DNA of 64,000 nucleotides from Trichoplax sp. H2 (Eukaryota): NCBI GenBank assembly GCA_003344405.1, contig NOWV01000205.1, positions 62,001 to 126,000 of the forward strand, read 5' to 3'. Shown piece by piece: positions 18,296 to 32,240 of this stretch (position 1 is its first letter; each line of letters starts with the position of its first letter). The notes under the pieces were generated by a model. It saw only the letters and a program-made list of their open reading frames with translations, ran no database searches and was not told where the DNA came from. The position numbers and the translations under genes were made by a program.

Positions 18296-18710
18296 GACAG
18301 TAGAGTACAGTACAGTACTGTACAGTACTGTACTGTACTGAGTACTGCACTGTACTCTACAGTACTGTTATTGATGGCCGGGTGGTCGTGGTCCCGGTCC
18401 GGGACCGGTGTCGGTCCTGTCCAACCAATACAGAAAGCGGCTGAAAGCCCTAATCAGTGGACGAGGGTACGTACTGTACAGTGTACAGTGTACAGTTTAC
18501 AGTACGTACTGTACTGTACGTCTTTTCTACGGTACTGTACTGTACAGTCCTACCTTACAGTACTGTACACTCTACACTCTACACTCTGCTGTACTGTACA
18601 GTCTACAGTCTACAGTACAGTACCGTAGGAAATCTGGTGAATCGGCCATCGTGCTACAGTACTGTACTGTAGATGATGTACTGTAAGGCATTTTTGTAGG
18701 TACAGTATCG
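18296..18710. repeat. TACAG/CTGTA (TACTGTACAGTA-type) simple-repeat array in the divergent CBX/CYP intergenic region
   Basis: Dense gtacagtac/tactgtac units surround a GC-rich core containing the palindrome ggtcccggtccgggacc. Confidence 0.9.
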
Positions 18711-19017
18711 ATTTTGCTGGACGACAACAAGGGATAATTTCCGTCCGCTACAGTTCATTATACGAGCCGGTCAATGAATTACCGTTATTTAATCATGACG
18801 ATCATTGCTTACTAATCAAAGGCATCGATGAATAAAATAGCTAACGGTCCAATTGGTATCTTATAAAACTCTTAGACTACCACAAATTGTCACTTGGGGC
18901 AACCTAGAGTATTATAGCTTTGGTGTAGTTGCTTAACTCAACATCCTCACGGAATAATAACTGAATCTTTGTACCCAATTTCAACTCCTATTGTAGTAAA
19001 ATAACGGAATTTTAAAA

Positions 19018-22000
19018 ATGCAACGCGTATCTTTCATTCGACATGTTTATATGCGGCAAAAACAAAATTGGAATTATCATCGCTTCCATATTAGAGGAAT
19101 TCCTTCTTCTGTCAAGAAGGTCATGCACGAGAAACCAGCTGATCTTGATCCTAACACAACTGCAATGCACGGTCAAGCGATTAAGCCATTTGAGCACATG
19201 CCTGGATCCGAGGTTTCATCGCTTCGAAATATGATAAACTTAGTATTGAACTTTAAGTACGAAACTCGCAAGCCACACCAAGCACTTCATCATCTATTTC
19301 AATCACAAGGACCCATTTTCAAAAAAAAATTTGCTGGCTTTGAATTAGTTATGCTATCCGATCCTAAAGATATTGAATGTGCTTTTCGAACTGAAGGGAA
19401 ATATCCTCGAAGATTTGACATGGTTCCTTGGTCATATTATCGAGAAGAAAGAAAGTTACCCTTGGGCATACTGTTATCGTAAGTAAAATCATCACTACTC
19501 AGTTATAAATTTTGCAAAATCATTTATTATACGATAAGCGTCAAGTCCAATCGCATCCACGATAATAATGACCAAAGATTTCCAAGTACAAAGATATAAT
19601 CATCATTTTCCGTATCCAAATCACACAATGATTCCAACGTTATATTCAAACTAGTATTTTTTCCATTCACACTATCAATACCACGTTTGCAGTTTCTGTT
19701 ACGTATGATCGCATACACTTATCCATGAATCAGCCGAAATGACCCGATTTCACTTTAAATTTTTACGTCATGCTACGTTCGTGGCTTAAAGAAGTCAAAA
19801 AATTGAGTCAGATGTGAGGAATCATTGCTTAAATATGAACTTTACTGTAATATAAAGCTAGGATTTTCTCAAGTATTGATACCACAGCTATATGGTGAAC
19901 AATATTTATGAGAACAACTTAGAAAACCGTATTTTATTAGCATACGGAAGAATCTGTTTGTTGTTTTATAAAAGCTCATGCCTCTCATGGATTTACAAAA
20001 TTGAGCAACATATTAAGCAATATATAATATAGCAATCACAACATATGAGCGTACGCGAACATTCAGTAGAAACTACTACATATCAAATTCTATTCAGATT
20101 GTTTGGGAATTAATTTGACTCCAATTTTTTATTTTCAGCAATGATGAGCAATGGAAGGAAACACGTAGCGCCATCGATAAGAGATTACTCAAATTAAATG
20201 CTGTCCAAGGCTATAGTAAGATCATGAATAAGGTTATTGATGATTTCATAGCTTACTTACTTCGCATACGAGGCAAACACGGCGTTAAAAATGAAATTCT
20301 TGGTTTTGAAAGCCAAACCTTTAGATGGTCATTAGAAAGTAGGTTGAACTCTACTAAAATGTTGAATAGGATTCTACAATAAGACATTACTGTTGTTAGT
20401 CCTAAATGATGTTGTTCAATGAATCATAGCTAGCTAATAACCTTAATATGATCTTTATGTACAATACATGTATTCTATAGCATCTTAGTGAAAAATTGAA
20501 GCTAATGTTTACCTTAGGCCTACGAGTATATGGCATTCTATTGCATACCGTTAAATGTATATTTAGAAATATCATATTTTGAATTTTGCGCCATCAAAAG
20601 TAGAAAATTAAACTAAAATGCTCCTAGAAATGCGTAAAATTTTACTAATTAAACTCTTCATATTAATACAGCAATATTAAGTATTCTATTCGATAAGCGC
20701 ATTGGTTGCCTTCAAGAACCGCCGAGCCATGATGGTGAATTATTTCATAAAGCTCTTATTGATATGACATACAAAACTTCATCGCTGATTGTCTTTCCTC
20801 CATATTATAAGTACATTAAAACCAGATATTGGAATGAATTCTGTAGTCACTGGGATACTATGTATGACATAGGTCTGAAAATCATCCAAGAAAGAAGGAA
20901 TAAACTAGCTTCTATGAAAATTGAAAGTTCCGAGGAAGATGAAGTCGATTTTTTAACAGATGTTATGCTTCGAAGCAATTTATCCGAGGCACAGTTAAAT
21001 ATAACACTATTAGACCTCATGATAGGAGCTACTGATACGGTAAAATATTTCGTATACCTTCGAATAATAAAAGAGTAGGCAGCTTAAGCTTAGATATCCA
21101 TTTCTACCAAAATTTTGCATTACTGATATATCAATGTTATTCTCTTATTATGCTAAGTAAATGTATTGTCGCTAATACTATTGCGAAACAGACTGCAAAT
21201 ACTATTAACTGGACACTGTTACTGTTGTCTCAATATCCAAAAGTACAAGAGAAGCTTTACCAAGAAATTACCAATGTATTAAATGATGGAGAAGATCCAG
21301 ATGCAGCAACAGTACATAAAGCTCCATATTTAAGAGCATGTATCAAAGAATCAATGAGGTATCCATATTGAATTGAGCTCGGTTCTCAAAATAATAGTAA
21401 TAAAATTGATAATCAACCGCCACTGCAACATATAATCTTTATAAAGTGACGGAGATCTTTCTTCTCTACTTGCTTTTAGAATTTATCCGGCAATAGTCAG
21501 AATATCAAGAACATTGCAGAAAGATGTTGCGTTAAGTGGTTACCATGTTCCTGCCAATGTAATCCTTCAATTAAAATATTCCAATTCTCCATTTACATGA
21601 ATTACAATATCACAAATATAAACGTATTATCGATAATGCATTTAATCTTTGAACTTTGTACAAATAACTAACAATTTTCTCTATGAAGACTGCAGTTGTT
21701 GCTTGCCTGTATGAGGTATTTCATAATGAGGCAAATTATCCGGAGCCGGAAATATTCAAACCTGAGCGTTGGATAAAAGGAACTCATCCAGAAAGTATCG
21801 GAAGAGTCGGATTTAAATTTATTCCTTTCGGTTTTGGACCTCGAATGTGTCTTGGTCGACGTATTGCAGAGCTGGAAATGCATCTACTCCTAGCTAAGGT
21901 AAATAAATTAGCAGAGAATGATATAGGCGAAAAGCTTCTATAGTGCAGGAGCTTTTGAGTGAAAATATAGTAAATCTTTTATAGTAAAGTAATAACTACA

Positions 22001-22175
22001 AAAATCATAGGCTTCTAGTTACATTGGTACAAGTTTATTTATTTTTGATTAAAACTTTTATCAGCTGGTTAAAAAATTCATCATCGGCTGTAACAACCGT
22101 AATGAAATACAAGCGATCAATAGAATATCACTAATTCCAGATAGACCAATGAAGATAATTCTAACGGAACGTTGA
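19018..22175 (+). CDS. Mitochondrial-clan cytochrome P450, intact; exons 19018-19478, 20139-20338, 20672-21039, 21192-21358, 21480-21558, 21689-21898, 22065-22175
   Basis: Basic transit-like N-terminus with no membrane anchor. Motifs KPFEHMPG, EGKYPRR, FRWSLE, I-helix GATDTTANT, ESMR (ExxR), PERW and heme motif [10 protein letters not shown]. The reading frame is open throughout. Confidence 0.95.
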
Positions 22176-25100
22176 TGTTGGTATAGTGCAATATTTGCCA
22201 CATCATAAACTGCTACCATAATGTATATTTAATTATCGTTGCATTGCTAATTTAGTAAGATGTGTAAACTATTCTACGGTCGAGTAGCTATCGACACCAA
22301 AAACAGCCGACTGTGATTAAAATCTTTTAAAAATTTTTTAAAATGTTATCAGATTGTATAAGGAGATTAAGATTTAAGCAAGTATAGCTAAAAATTTTTA
22401 TTATTTCAAAACAACTAATATTAGGTAGTATTTCGATTTTATAAGAAAGCGTTCATTGATAGTTGTCACAAAATAGCTTGCATGATTGGACTTAAACTAG
22501 TCTATCTATTCTACTTAATCTCCGAAAAATTTTGGGAGAATCTCTGTAAGGAAACTAACCTGTTCGAATACTAAAAGAGTTGAGTCAGAGGATAAGGATA
22601 TAGGTTAATTGATTTTATTACTTCTGGCTATTGTACGTTGGTACAGGTGTTCTCTGCGTTAGCCTCAGTAAGGAGCATCAAGCTCCGTAACAGTAGTCTA
22701 TATTTTAAAATTGATAGCAGAATAGATGTTGCATTGCTTTATAATTCAATTATTTCGATTTAGATTGTTCATCCTGGAATAGGTCTAATTTATTGGGTAT
22801 GATTTTATTCTAAATTTTAATAAAATAAGTGAATTATCTAATCATCGATGAGGATTAAAGTCAATGTTGAACCGTCGAAGCAATTAAATTATTGACAGGA
22901 AACATCCCTAAATGGCTACTACCATAAATAGCTACTACCGAAATTGCTATATCAATTTCTGTTGATTGTAGCATGTTATATCGAGTGGTAGTTGGTAATG
23001 TAAAGTTATAGCACTGTATTTGCAACAAAACCTGTTATACTTATGGTAATTAGAGTGCAGATTACACAAATAATTGTATAATAGCAGATTTTATTACTGA
23101 TTCCCTACCCATTCAGATACTACGTAATAGTACAACAAGCTCTGACAGACAAGAATAACTACCTACAACAGCAGCTCTTAGAAAAGAAGGAATAAGAGCA
23201 ACAATAACAGGAAAGTGTAGCTGCTTGAATACGTTATCTAACTTGTTTACAACGTAACGATTGCAAGGAATATCGCAAAACACTTACAGAACTTAGTATG
23301 AGAATAAAATTTTATGATTAGTAATATAATCTACAAAGCTGAAATCAGCATACTTGAATATATATTACTTATTATATACCTATTATTGCGAACAGCCCTA
23401 AATTTTGGTGTCATTTTTAAGTTATGTCTAATTTACTCCCACATATCATGTTGACAATAGCAGCTTATCTAACAGCTTCACTACAGCATTAGATTAGCTA
23501 TTTATCTAAAAAAATATCGATTGGGCCTAAATATTGTAATATTTAGCTTGTATTGGATCTCAGTAGGTTGTGAGTCGCTGGGTCAACGTATCTTTTTTGT
23601 AATCCTTGATTGGAAAAGACTTTCGGAGCTTAAAATTTTTTTAATTTAAATAAAGCACGATAAGGCTTTCAACTCACTAAAAATCCACAATCTACTTTAT
23701 TAACTGTGAGGTGACACTTTTAAATAGGTTAAAGTGCAAAACCACTTTAGCTAGGCGAGCTACCTCGTTCTTAGCAATTAATCGATTAAATGCACTAAAG
23801 GAATTTCATTTTTATATAACAATATATAGTAAAATACAGTCTACTGCTTTTAAATTAGCTACGTTAATATTACGCTAATCAACTACTAAATGCAGCTTAG
23901 CAAGCATGTATTAAACTATTGTACTGGAACATTTGGCCTAAAATTGGAAGGAGTACTTCCATTTCTAACATCAAGTGATTAATAAGCTCTGTTTAAACTA
24001 TTTCGCAATTAATATACTAATCTACTTGCTTCTAATTTAAGGGTTACTTATATATCAACAACCACCATCGACTAAGATTACAGTGAAGGAGATCCTAAAA
24101 TATTACTGATACATAAATATGCATCAAACACTACATAAGAATAAAAAAATTATAATATATGCGTCACGGTAACTTATTTTCTTGGTACATTTTTCATTGA
24201 CTAACTTAGAGAATATGTGGGAAATGTAAAATGTGAAATTATGCATAAAAGAAATTCTTGTACAAAGTAGCATATAAATAACATAATCTATTTTCGATTT
24301 ATATCGATCATAACTAAGCTTCTATTTCTTGATGTCAATATTAAGAAACTAATAAAACAGCTGAGAAATTGTTCTATCCAGTTATTTAGTAAGTAATAGC
24401 AAAACGCCATTTTTAGTAAGCGATTACTTTTATTATCAAATTTTGACTACTTTGCCGAATAAATAAAATTTGCTTATTCACTTCTACCATCCCATTAGAC
24501 TGCACTTTTTAGCTAATTAATATCACTATTATCTGAAACTAAGATAAACTACTGTATTTAAGAAATGGAATTTTACGCCATGAAGAGGTATTCTAGCCAA
24601 CTAAAACTTCTAAATAAAGCACAGTTTGAGAAACTATTATTCTATTAAATCATGCTGTGCAGTACATAAAGGCATATATGCGATCGAATTCAAGTCCATC
24701 AATACAGCAAAGCTAGTTGGAAGGGAGTCTTATCAATCCTTACAACTGATAAAGCTATAAACAGGATGGGTTACAATTCCTGTTCCGGAATTGTAAATAC
24801 GACTACCGTATATTTTATTCCACCGCTCACAAAAAGATATTGACTTAAATTCGTAAATAATGGCAAATCAAATATTTTATGCATTGTAAAGGGCTACATA
24901 TGAAACTAAAGGAATGATATTGTCAGATAAATAAAACCTGATAGGGCTTATTTGCAATATTTTAGTCTACGCAATGCATGAATTTTGATTGTCTACTGAG
25001 TAATTTATGCTTTTGTGAACACATATCAAGTACATCATCCTATAGTTTTGATTATAATTAATTCTAAGCATAAAAATTTAACTCGATCAAAAAGAATAAT

Positions 25101-28100
25101 CTTTGATGAAGACAAATTTCTCTTATTTTAATTAATACGTAATTGAATGATTTAAATTCTAGGTGACTTATTTAGAGAAAATGGTATATTCTTTTATCCT
25201 TTAAGCTTTCACTCGCACTGAACAACAATTCTATTGCACTTGCATTCATAGTCCCTTTTAACAACGGAAAATAATAGTAACTAATAGAGTTTCTTTGTTA
25301 AAGACAATTATGCATGCTGATTTTATATCAAACTTTGTCTTAATTTTTTCTAGCGATATTTTTCCATTTCGCATTTGTATTTACCAACTTTATACTCTTC
25401 ATGCTTTTAAAAAACTACCAGGATTACATTTTATTTTTATTAGATGAACATCTATAACCATAAAAGGTGCACAAGCTATTAGTAAATAAACAGAATTTGG
25501 TAATTTTTTAATTATACGTAAAATTATGATGTATGTAATGAAATCGGTGTAAATATCGATTGTAAATTCATATATTTAGCCTTCTGAAATAACGATAGCC
25601 GCAAGTCGGTATTGCAAAGGTATTTTCATAGGGATGTTTTTGATGCTAACCCATAAGAAATTGATATATGCCATTAGCTCAAGCTATCAAAGATGAATAG
25701 TATTTTTAGTTTTTTAAAAACGGAATATTTTCAATAAGTCCATACAGGACATCCGAAAAGCCTAATTATTGTAACTTATTGAATCTCCAAGATGGCAATT
25801 GTTTATTCTGCAAAAGCAACTATTTTTGTTGCAATTAAACACTAAAGCGTGTCACGTTCAGTAATAGTTACATAATTAGTATGCTACCTTCTTTCTATAT
25901 ATGGTTAAATATCACGATGTTATCATGTCATGCGTATATAGATGTAGTTATGGTACTATATTAATTTTCTCTATATATGTATTCTCATATTGCCATACTT
26001 GGCATGATAGTCTATTTGTAATGTCTAAACTAGGGAAACCTTTCTGTTAGTGATGATCTTGTGATCTACATTAGTAGATCAAAGGTCACAATAAAGAAAG
26101 TATGTAAACTCTTTATTTTAACAATAAAGTTAGTTCTTCAACTTAACTACTGGGTCTCCTTGCTGAGTGCAGATCTAGTAGTTGTTACAAAATTTGGAAC
26201 TTGCAACAAGGTGCTAACGCAATTTACCAAGCATAAGTAAAAAACCAAATATAAATGATATAATTAGGTAAAAAATCTCTATAATAGAAAAAGTATCCAT
26301 CTACTGACAAAGTAGCAGTCATTTTATTTCATTTACTAGTTCTTTTAAAATAGACCTGCTCTATATAAGTATAGTCAACATGATTTAATTGGTTATTATT
26401 CTTAGTAACATATAACAGTAACGGAAAGTGCAATTCTATAACTTGACGTTGGTAATAATGATTGCCACCTGCTGTAAACATAGTAACAGTGATATGACAA
26501 GAAAACATTAATTCTACACCATAGCCCATGTTAAATATTTTTCAGTCGCTAATATGGCTTGCATTATTTTTACATAATAGTAATAATCATATAATAAATT
26601 CCGTTTGACATTGTTTTTCCTATTAATCATAGTATACTGCTAATATTTTAATAAATTAACTTACTATATAGGTTGTAAAGACGCGAGCATATTTGTGATT
26701 GCGATAAGTTACCTGAATGCTTCTTTCATAATAAATAAACTATCAATTAAATACGTAACCAAATGTAATCGCGCTTGACATTCTAGTTTTTAACAATAAC
26801 TAATGTATTTTTAAAATAGAAATGATCTACTCATAGTAAAGCACTCTGTGCCGTCACTTTAGTGCTGTCAGGGTGCTAGACGCATATTAAGACGTGTATT
26901 ATTGTCATGAAGTCAAAAAATTTGTAAAATTTTTATTTTACAACCGAATAACTACATAAACTATACGCCGCCTCTTTAATTTTCAGCGATACGTAAGATT
27001 GAGCATAAAGTAATTATAATTATGAATCGGCTCTACTTCACACTATTTATCAAATAGCAGCCTGTTTACATTAATTTGATTTTGTTTTTCTGTATTTGAA
27101 GCAAATTTGATCGGTATAAAAGATTCAAAATTATTTAGTATATTATTTGATGCATAGAAAACTTTTCAATTGTATTGTACTTAACATTTTCGTAATCTTA
27201 TTTTATTGTAGCTAGGTAAGATATCTGCAGTATTCTAGATGCTTTCTATTCATAAACGCTTACTCGTGTTATTAGCAAAATATGAATAATCACGTAGAAG
27301 TTAATTAGAAGAGTTAAGATTTCTATAAAACAATCCAGTATTATCTTATACTCTAGCAATTTCCTCTATGTAGCGGTACAATTTATGTTTGAAGTTAGAA
27401 AGTGATTAATTCGAATAATATGGAAAAATATTCGATATTAATTAAACGGCCAAAAATATCTTCCATAGTGCAATCATATAGAAGTTAATTTATTCGCTGG
27501 ATTTTTCTTTGTAATATATTCACAAGTATCACCTACGCTTTCATAATGCTATTAAATTTATTTTTTAGAATGATTTTAGTTAATTTAATAGAACTTAATC
27601 TAAAAAAATTATAAACGTAATGTTGATCAATTATTTCACATTACTGAATTATTTCAAATCGTGAAAAATAATAAGGTTATCGTACGATCATGAATCTTGT
27701 AGATAAGTAAAGCGAAATGGAATGCATGCGTAGCAAATTTAATTAGAAATTGATATCGCACAATTACTATTTCGGCTTGCAGATAATTTAAATGTTATTC
27801 TGTATTAGGCTTAGATAGTAACAGATAAATATCAATTATTCAGACCGAAAATATTTTTTACGATAAAAATATAACTATGATATAAAAATGAATCATTGTT
27901 GTGTGAAAACTCTCACGAGTAGATGTGTTATTCCTGCCTATCTAAAAGATGCCGTATTAAATCCTTAAATTCACTAAACTAAAACTCCAGCCATGGCATT
28001 TAACAAATCGTTGCTTTAATAACTGCTAAAGCAGTTATAAATAGACCAGACTTGATAAACCGAAATGGATGGTAAAATTGACCGGAAGTAATACGTATTC

Positions 28101-30447
28101 TTCCCGCATCCATACGATCTTAGTTTTCGACCAGATTCAGGGCTGTCATTGTATCTTTAAAGATTAACGTCAATTTTTCTGCGAATATCTCATAATGAAT
28201 TTGTCACTGTTATCGTTATTATCGCAATTCTAATAATAGATAGAATCATCGAACTTGATCTCGCTATTTAACTAACTAAGATTCAATGGGACGATGTAAC
28301 ATGCCAGATTTTCTTAAATTAAATCATTTAATTATTTACGAAAGTGAGAAAAGATCGTAATACAGTGATCAATTCAACTTTGGCAAATAGTAAAATCTAT
28401 TTGAGATTGTGTAAACAATCATCTGATTTACAGGTAAGATTGCCAGAAAAGAACTAAAATATAATGTTTTCGTTTATAGTTTCACTTCAATTGTATGTTT
28501 TTTTAATCAAATTAACTATAAATATTAGCTACAAATGCGGTATATTATCAAAGTAAAGTCTCAATCTTACGCCATACCGTGATTATGCAATATCGGTATG
28601 ATGGAGTACAAACGTAATAGTATATTCTAAGAAATGCAAATTCTGATAAGGACGATCTGCATGAGGTGAAAAAGGCGTAAGAATTCATTAAATTGAAATT
28701 TTATAGTGTAGCAGACAAAGTAAAAACATAATCCATTTAGTTTTTTTCTCATATTCTACAAAAGTGCACCATTGTATCATTAGACGTTAAATGAAGTGGA
28801 ATTGCAGTTAGAGATATAATGATGACGATACTCATTCTGCTCTGCGTAGGTTGGACAATGGCTATGCTTCATAGTTGTACACTATTTCTCAAAATGGAAT
28901 CTTGAATGAATTCTTAAAATCGCTTGTGATGCACGTTAATATCTATTCTAAACGGCATATAGCGCTAACTAAGGAAAGTTTAAAAATAGCAAATGTTTTA
29001 CTAGGCCCGTCTCAATAATAGAATTAATAAAGGAATAATGAAAGTTCAATCTGATTTAATTATTAAGCTCGTAAAGGGAGCAATCAAGTTAAAGTTCTAG
29101 TACTCAATTTGCAGACAGTTAAATTTGGAAGTTAAAGGTTAAAAATAGTCTAATGCTATCTTTCCTAAATTAATGCAAATAATGGATTCGATACGATAGA
29201 TTAACTGTTCAATATACAATACAATTTAATAGCCAATTTGATTATATTTTACAATCTATATTAAATGAAAATTTAGACTAAATTGTTCATATATAGACAA
29301 AACATAAAGAGAATAAATTAATAAAGCCTATATAGAGGATCTACTAGAAAAGAATTCAAGTAGAATAAATTAAAAGAAACAAAAGTCAAAGTGAAATTAT
29401 CTATTCAGAGCCACTGCAAATCTGATATTCTATAATTGATTAAGAAGGATGATTGCGTCAGATCCAAGGCAATTCCTTTTGTAGATATTGTTCATAAATT
29501 TTTTAAGCCAACATCTTACTTGACAGGTGCTACCAAGTCAATTCATCGGTAGAGAAGAAAAAAAGATAGTATCTAAATCTTTTTATTTCCGGATTGAAGC
29601 AATTAATACTGATCTTGGTTCATGTCAATCAAGATCATTCTCAGATCCATTCATTTCCACGTCCTGAATATAATTTCAATAGAGTTTATTTTGTTACAAA
29701 AAGGTATAAAAGTCGTGTATCGCCATAGATTAACCTTATCTAACTAAACAGTCAACATTGGACCAAACTATCCTTGGTAACTTTAAAAGAAAAATCATTT
29801 CCATATCTAGGACTTTGCCATCAAATCTATCTGGTAAGCTTCTTCCATTCTGCAAATTTTCTTGCTGCTATATCTCTTATGCAATAACAGTAACTTACAA
29901 GTCTTGACTTGAATACCGTTATGACTATCATAATACTAAGTATATGCTTTGATAAGAGCATCCTAATTGGGTCGAAAATTTTCCTTCGTCTTCCTTCCAA
30001 AAATTGATAACAGTTGCTTTGGGATAATTTTTAGAATTATATAGAATACGGCATATTCAAGATCAGCAAAATATCTTAGCTATCAACGTTACATAGCGTA
30101 GCCCTAGTTTTGTTATTTCGATTTAGAATCTCATCAAATAAGATACTCATTTCAGCTCTCAATATATTTAAAATGTATCAATACGGATAGAGAATAAACT
30201 AGAAATAAGTAGATTAAAAAATTAGATGAAAGATAACGCTTAATAATTAATTTACTGCATTATTTGATATTGTAACTTCTCCAAAGAACTTTCTATTTTA
30301 TTAAGATTAAGCTTACTAATTATGTCTGTATTAATCATACACATTTAAAAGATTATATAAAAGACGCCAAATTTTAGAATCTGTTGTTTAATCGTATATT
30401 CTATATTATTGATTCCCGAATGGCATTTAGGTTAATTCTATTACAAT

Positions 30448-32240
30448 ATGAATTCTACATCCATGAAAATTTTAATAAGTGCCCTTTTGCTGACCATTAT
30501 TGTTGAAAGTCAATGTCGCAGAGTTTTAGATATTGATCTAGACGATATTGAAATGCCATATAAAAGTAAAAATTATGGAAAAAATAAATTCAATAATTAC
30601 TCACCAAAAGATGAGCAATATAATGAAGACGAGGTTAAGCCAACTACACCATCACAATTTACGGAAGCAACTACCCAAAATGAAACAGTAAGTGTTAACA
30701 TTTAGAGGCTGATAAACACATCCATCAATATTGTCACCATTTTGCTCATATTAAAAATAGCATACATTATATTCATTATTTAGTTACTAATGTCATCCCA
30801 AGCAGTCAGGCATTAATATCCAATAGAAATTTAGGAATAAATATTATTTCCAGCTGAACAATTAGCGAACTAAATTTTTATCTCCTGTATAGCTCGGAAA
30901 AATATTTTTAGTTTGTGCTAAATCTATATTATCATTATAATTGATGACACTCTTATCCTCGCTAACATGCTGATAAGATATAGTTGCTATAGTTGACTTA
31001 TCTATTATTTAATAAGACAATAGCATGAAATTTATTTAACCACCATATTGCATTATATTGTTGGCGCTAAATCTTCCTTCAGCTTTTTCATTTGCTGTCA
31101 AAACTTATACCGATGTAATTTTTAATTATTTGTTTGACTGTTATTGTAAATTAGAGAGATTTATTGTAAGTTTACATAATGTATTCATATTATATTTAGT
31201 TAGAATAAAAAATTTATTACAATACTTTAGGATCACAAAAATTACTAACTAAAGCGATAAAACAGCTGGATTGATTATTATTTTATAACGGCTACATACT
31301 GCAACTTCGTTACCTTAAAAGATTATCGCTTACGACTACAGTTCCGGTATACTATATCATGTCATGTTTTAGTTTTTATTATCAGCATATTTTTTTATTT
31401 ATAGCTTGACTTAGATATTGGTTAACCTTTTTCAAATTTTCCCTATCAGTTAATTACAGCCGACATTAAGTATTTTGAATAGTATCATGCTATAGCATAT
31501 GCAAAAACCATTAACAAATAGAGACTGACTCGGCACTAAGTCATGACTAATTGCCATTGCTTAGATAGTGGAAAACAAACAATTTCGAATAAGCTATCAA
31601 TCTATGCCAATGATGGTTATGCTAGATAATAGGCAATCCGAATTTCATTATTTAGAATATATTTGTATTTTCAACAGCTTATATCAGTTAAAACTGTAGT
31701 TCATCATTAGTATTTTACTGTTATCGTTACTAGAGCTGATGTTAACATTTTACTAGTTAACAATCTACCTAGATTTAAATTATGTTATTCTTATGTTTTA
31801 CAAAATCAGACGTATTCTAAAGTAAAAGAAATCGTTGTAAATGGAAAGATATAAAAGTGCTCTGTGTATTCTTCTAGTCATAGTATCAGCTGATAAATTG
31901 CTATGTCTAGGATGTATATGGACAATTTACTAAATTTATTTTGTCGTAAATATTATTCAGCTCAACAGCTACTAGCCCACTAAAATCACAACTTATTTAC
32001 AATATTAAAAAATTGTTATTGTTTCAATTAATAAATATTTTCTTTTTTTAATTAAAGCAGGCAACTTGTCACAGAGGCAACAGTGATTGCAGCGATGGAA
32101 TGAAATGTTGTAACTCACTATTTCGTTGCTATCGTATCATGGGAAGATATGTTTGCACTACTTTTTTAATGGAAGGCCTTGGAGCTTTCAAAGCAAGCCA
32201 GGAAAGTGAACGAGATGATACTGAAGTAGACTTTTGGTAG
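30448..32240 (+). CDS. Secreted cysteine-knot (ICK/knottin-like) precursor, ~139 aa; exons 30448-30687 and 32061-32240
   Basis: Signal peptide MNSTSMKILISALLLTIIVESQC followed by an acidic/Thr-rich segment ending at the ACA|gtaagt donor. A phase-0 acceptor (tttttaattaaagcag) then gives ATCHRGNSDCSDGMKCCNSLFRCYRIMGRYVCTTFLMEGLGAFKASQESERDDTEVDFW*. Confidence 0.8.

Noticed and set aside
18371..18686. Overlapping Tyr/Cys/Thr/Val-rich ORFs here and at 50041-50334 and 54693-56662
   Set aside because: These are translations of stop-poor TACAG/CTGTA repeats that are open in several frames, not genes.
21359..21479. U12-type intron in the P450 (donor gtatcc)
   Set aside because: The donor reads gtatccat rather than gtatcctt, there is no clear TCCTTAAC branch point, and the paralogous intron has a U2 donor.
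28045..28167. Short frame ending QIQGCHCIFKD*, resembling a cystine-knot hormone C-terminus
   Set aside because: It lacks the other required cysteines and I found no supporting upstream exons.
22200..30400. Genes or transposons in the 8-kb AT-rich interval
   Set aside because: I found no convincing exon chain, transposase or RT motif, or terminal repeats by eye. Small exons could have been missed.
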